Source: Psammoneis japonica
Lineage: Eukaryota
Direction of reading: 5' to 3'
DNA length: 64,000 nt
Assembly (NCBI GenBank): GCA_008632985.1
Contig: QPGO01000065.1
Span: 310,001-374,000 of the forward strand
Shown: positions 60,301 through 64,000 of the stretch, piece after piece
Layout of the letters: each line of letters begins with the position of its first letter
How positions within the stretch are numbered: position 1 is the stretch's first letter
Notes under the pieces: generated by a model
Told to the model about the DNA's origin: nothing
Seen by the model: only the letters and a program-made list of their open reading frames with translations
The model's database searches: none
Program-made: the position numbers and the translations under genes

Positions 60301-63300
60301 ATGGTGCTGGTGGAGTGTTGCAAGGCCCATCTGCATGCCAGAGTGAAAGCAGAAAAACTCCCAACTCCTCAAAAAAAGAAAATCCTGACATGCAAGCAAC
60401 CAACCCAATGACTGCACCCTGACAGCACCGAAGGTCCTCAGAGGAACCCAAAGAACACCAAGGGCCATCTGGTGCAGTTGCAGCCACCGCCAGTCACTCA
60501 ATGCCTGCAAGAGTGCTCAGAGCAGAAAACTCCAAACTCCTTGGAGAAAGAACAACATCATGATGCAACCAACCAACCAACCTGACAACCAGCGCCGGCT
60601 GAGATCATTGAAGGTCTTTAATTTGAACCCAGGGAACACTTTGACAATGACAGCAGAGTGTTGCCAGGCCCATCTGTCGCAGTTGCACCCACCAGTCACT
60701 GAACGCATGCCAGAGTGAGAGCAGAAAAACTCCTCACTCCTCAGAGAAAGAACATCATGATTTGACCAATCAACCCAATTCCTGCATGCTGAGGGCATTG
60801 AAGGTCTTCAGCAGAACCCAGAGAACACTTTCAGAATGGTGGTGGAGTGTTGCAATGCCCACCTGGTGCAGCTTCAGCCACCAGTCACTAAATTCATGAA
60901 AGAGTGCTCAGAGTGGAAAAACCCCTGAGGACTCCTTAGAGAAAGAACACCCTGATGCAACTGACCAACTCAAGAACTGCTTGTTGAGGTCATTGAAAGG
61001 CTCCAGAGGAACGTCGGGAACACTTTGAGAATGGTGGTGGAGTGTTGAAGGGCTCATCTGGTGCAGGTGCAGCCCCAAGTCACTTGATCCATGACATGGT
61101 GAGAGCTGAAAGTCCCAACTCCATACAAAAGAACACACTCATGCAAACAACCAACCCAACAACTGCAGGCTGAGGGCATTGAAGGTCTTTGGAGGCACCC
61201 ACAAAACAGTGTGAGAACAGCAGCAGAGTGCTGCAAGGCCCATCTGGTGCAATTGAAACCACCAGTCACTGAGTGCTGCATGCCAGTGTGAGAGCAGAAA
61301 AACCCAAAACTCTTCAAAGAAAGAACATCCTGATTTAACCAATCAACCCAACAACTGCATGCTGAGGGCATTGAAGGTCTTCAGCAGAACCCAGAGAACA
61401 CTTTCAGAATGGTGGTGGAGTGTTGCAATGCCCACCTGGTGCAGCCACCAGTCACTAAATTCATGAAAGAGTGCTCAGAGCAGAAAATCCCCTGAGGACT
61501 CCTCATAGAAAGAACACCCTGAGGCAGCCAACCAACCCAAGAACTGCATGCTGAGGTCATCAAAGGTCACCAGAGGATGTCAGGAACACTTTGAAAATGG
61601 TGGTGAAGTGTTGAAGAGCTTGTCTGGTGCAGGTGCAGCCCCAATTCACTTGATCCATGACATGGTGAGAGAGCTGAAATTCCCAACTCCACAATGAAAG
61701 AACATGCTCATGCAACCAACCAACAAAACAACTGCAGGCTGAGAGCATTGATGGTCTTTGAAGGCACCCACAAAACACTGTGAGAATGGTGGTGGAGTGA
61801 TGCAAGGCCCATCTGGTGCAGTTGCAGCCACCAGTCACTGAATGGATGCAAGAGTGCTCTGAGCAGAAAAACTTCAAACTCCTTGGAGAAAGAACATCAT
61901 GATGCAACCAACCAACCCAACAACCACAGACCAAGGGCAAGAGAAGCCAAGAAAACACTTTCAGAATGTCAGTGTGAACAGTGGCAGATGCTAGACATGC
62001 TCTTTGTTTGCTCAGAGAGAGCCCCTCCAATTTCATGCTGTGCAGCAACAACCCCTTTTCTCCTTTCTTGTGTGCATCTTAAACCAGCTTGCGTGTCCTC
62101 TTGTGTGTCTCATCTTTGCAAGCTCTGCTCCAGGACATGCAGAAGTTTCTTTGGACAAGACAGGCAAGGTGTTTCAGTTTAGAGCCACTTGAGATTGCCT
62201 CATGTGCAGCAATGTGCCACTTGTCAGTTTGTTGCTTTTTCCTTTGTTGTTGCACCGCCAACCCTTCTTGGTGGCTTTTTTGAGGAATCTTGGATTTCTT
62301 GTCCTCCAGATTTTGAGATTGCTTTTGCAACATTGTTTCAGTGTTTCTTCTTGTTGTGCTGCCCAAATGTTGAAATGTGTGCAGCTCTGCCAAAGGTGGA
62401 TTGCCCTGTTGCACTTCATGTTGTGTGCAATCCCATGTGAACAAAAATTGGGGTGCATCATTGGCACATTGGTCTCATGCATGGAAAAAACAAAAACATC
62501 CAAGCAGCACCACACACTTGCCGAGCCTCTGCATTGGCAAGTGTGGCATCAGCCCCAGCCATTTTTGCCTCCCCTTCATTGCTCGTTTCCTGAAACTTTT
62601 CTTTGTCACAACCACAATGAGGGTGTGATGCTGCTGGCCTTTTTCTGTTCTATCTTTTGGCCTTGTCAGCAAGGGCCCCAGGTGCATCATGTTGGTGTCA
62701 CTGGCAGCACTGCCACCACCAAGGACATGGCAGCATCCAAGGATGTCCTCAGTTTTGTTGCTCTTGATGCCACACATTCATCAAGAGTTGCTGCCCAAAA
62801 CTCTCAAGAGCTGGGGACTCTTTCCAATTTTCCGTCTCCCAATTCATTGCCATTTTCACAAGTTTGGCTCCACCCCAACAACCCAGCTGCCAATCTCTGT
62901 GCTGTGTTGTGGCAAGATGAATGGCTTCAGAAATGTCACAAGAGATGCCAGCTGCCCCTCTTTTCCTTGAGGCACAAATTGCTTCCACACAGGCATGTCA
63001 CTGTTGCTTGTGTCATTGCCAAAAAATTCCCAAATTGCCCTGGAGTGAAAGGGTGCAATCAATCAACCCTGCAACTGCAGGCTGATGGCATTGAAGGTCT
63101 TCAGAGGAACCAAGAAATCAATTTTAAATTGCCTTGGAGTGCTGCAAGGCTCATCTGGTGCTGTTGCAGCCACCAGTCACTCAGTTCATGCAGGGGTGCT
63201 CTCAGAGCAGAAAAACTCCAAAAACTCCTCAGAGAAAGAACACCCTGATGCAACTGACCAACTCAACAACTGCTTGTTGAGGGCATTGAAGGTCTCTGGC

Positions 63301-64000
63301 AGAACTCAGGGAACACTTTGAGAATGGTGGTGGAGTGCTGAAGGGTTCGTCTGGCACAGGTGCAGTCCCCAGTCACTCAATCTGTGACAAGGTGAAAACT
63401 GAAATTCCCAACTCCACAATGAAAAAACACACTCATGCAACCAACCATCCCAACAACTGCAGGCTGAGGGCATTGAAGGTCTTCTGAGGCACCCACAAAA
63501 TGCTGTGAGAATGGTGGTGGAGTGTTGAAAAGCCCATTTGGTGCAGTTGAAACCACCAGTCACTGAATGCTGCACGCCAATGTGGGAGAGCAGAAAAACT
63601 CAAAACTCTTCAAAAAAAGAACACCCTGATTTAACCAATCAACCCAACAACTGCATGCTCAGGGCATTGATTGAAGGTCTTCAGCAGAACCCAGAGAACA
63701 CTTTCAGAATGGTGGTGGAGTGTTGTGATGCCCACCTGGTGCAGCTGCAGCCACCAGTCACTAAATTCATGAAAGAGTGCTCAGAGCAGAAAATCCCCTG
63801 AGGACTCCTCATAGAAAGAACACCCTGATGCAACCAACCAACCCAAGAACTGCATGCTGAGGTCATTGAAGGTCACCAGAGGAATTTCAAGAACACTTTG
63901 AAAATGGTGGTGAAGTGTTGAAGGGCTTGTCTGGTGCAGGTGCAGCCCCAATTCACTTGACCCATGACATGGTGAGAGAGCTGAAATTCCCAACTCCACA
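57370..64000. repeat. Complex satellite, ~190-bp diverged monomers with a ~2.07-kb higher-order repeat, interrupted at 61970-63020; TpA- and CpG-depleted; runs off the window
   Basis: gagggcattgaaggtct...aacactttgagaatggtggtggagtgttgcaaggcccatctggtgcagttgcagccaccagtcact recurs about every 190 bp. 58655-59900 matches 60721-61950, and part of it recurs at 63230-64000. Confidence 0.92.

Noticed and set aside
57370..64000. CRISPR-like array or LRR gene
   Set aside because: Whole monomers are homologous (no unique spacers), no cas genes, eukaryotic context, and no LRR consensus in any frame.

Overview
Eukaryotic genomic DNA, most likely a diatom (inferred from short GT-AG introns, plastid-type 'SAF/GAF' signal peptides, a carbamate kinase and the gene repertoire). 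Apparently intact genes are a riboflavin kinase (1-nt frameshift), a soluble transhydrogenase/dihydrolipoamide-dehydrogenase-family flavoprotein, a carbamate kinase, a ~2,370-aa PDZ/ankyrin/CCCH multidomain protein and a YAK1/DYRK kinase. They sit among segmental duplications, gene-fragment mosaics (ValRS x3, GH47 mannosidase x2, HDAC, PPR, Myb, ankyrin, AP-4 epsilon), DNA-transposon remnants and a ~190-bp satellite. The strongest signal is a set of sharply delimited blocks (~1-3.4, ~9.8-12.2, ~23.4-23.9, ~31.9-37.2, ~54.9-64 kb) from which TpA has been almost erased. Paralog pairs inside the window show directional A>G transitions in 5'-TAY-3' context on both strands (TAY>TGY, RTA>RCA), while YTAR sites are largely spared. 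The change fades into neighbouring DNA, is separable from CpG decay and turns Tyr codons into Cys/His codons. This looks like a repeat-targeted hypermutation process with the opposite polarity to fungal RIP; the mechanism cannot be seen from this sequence.
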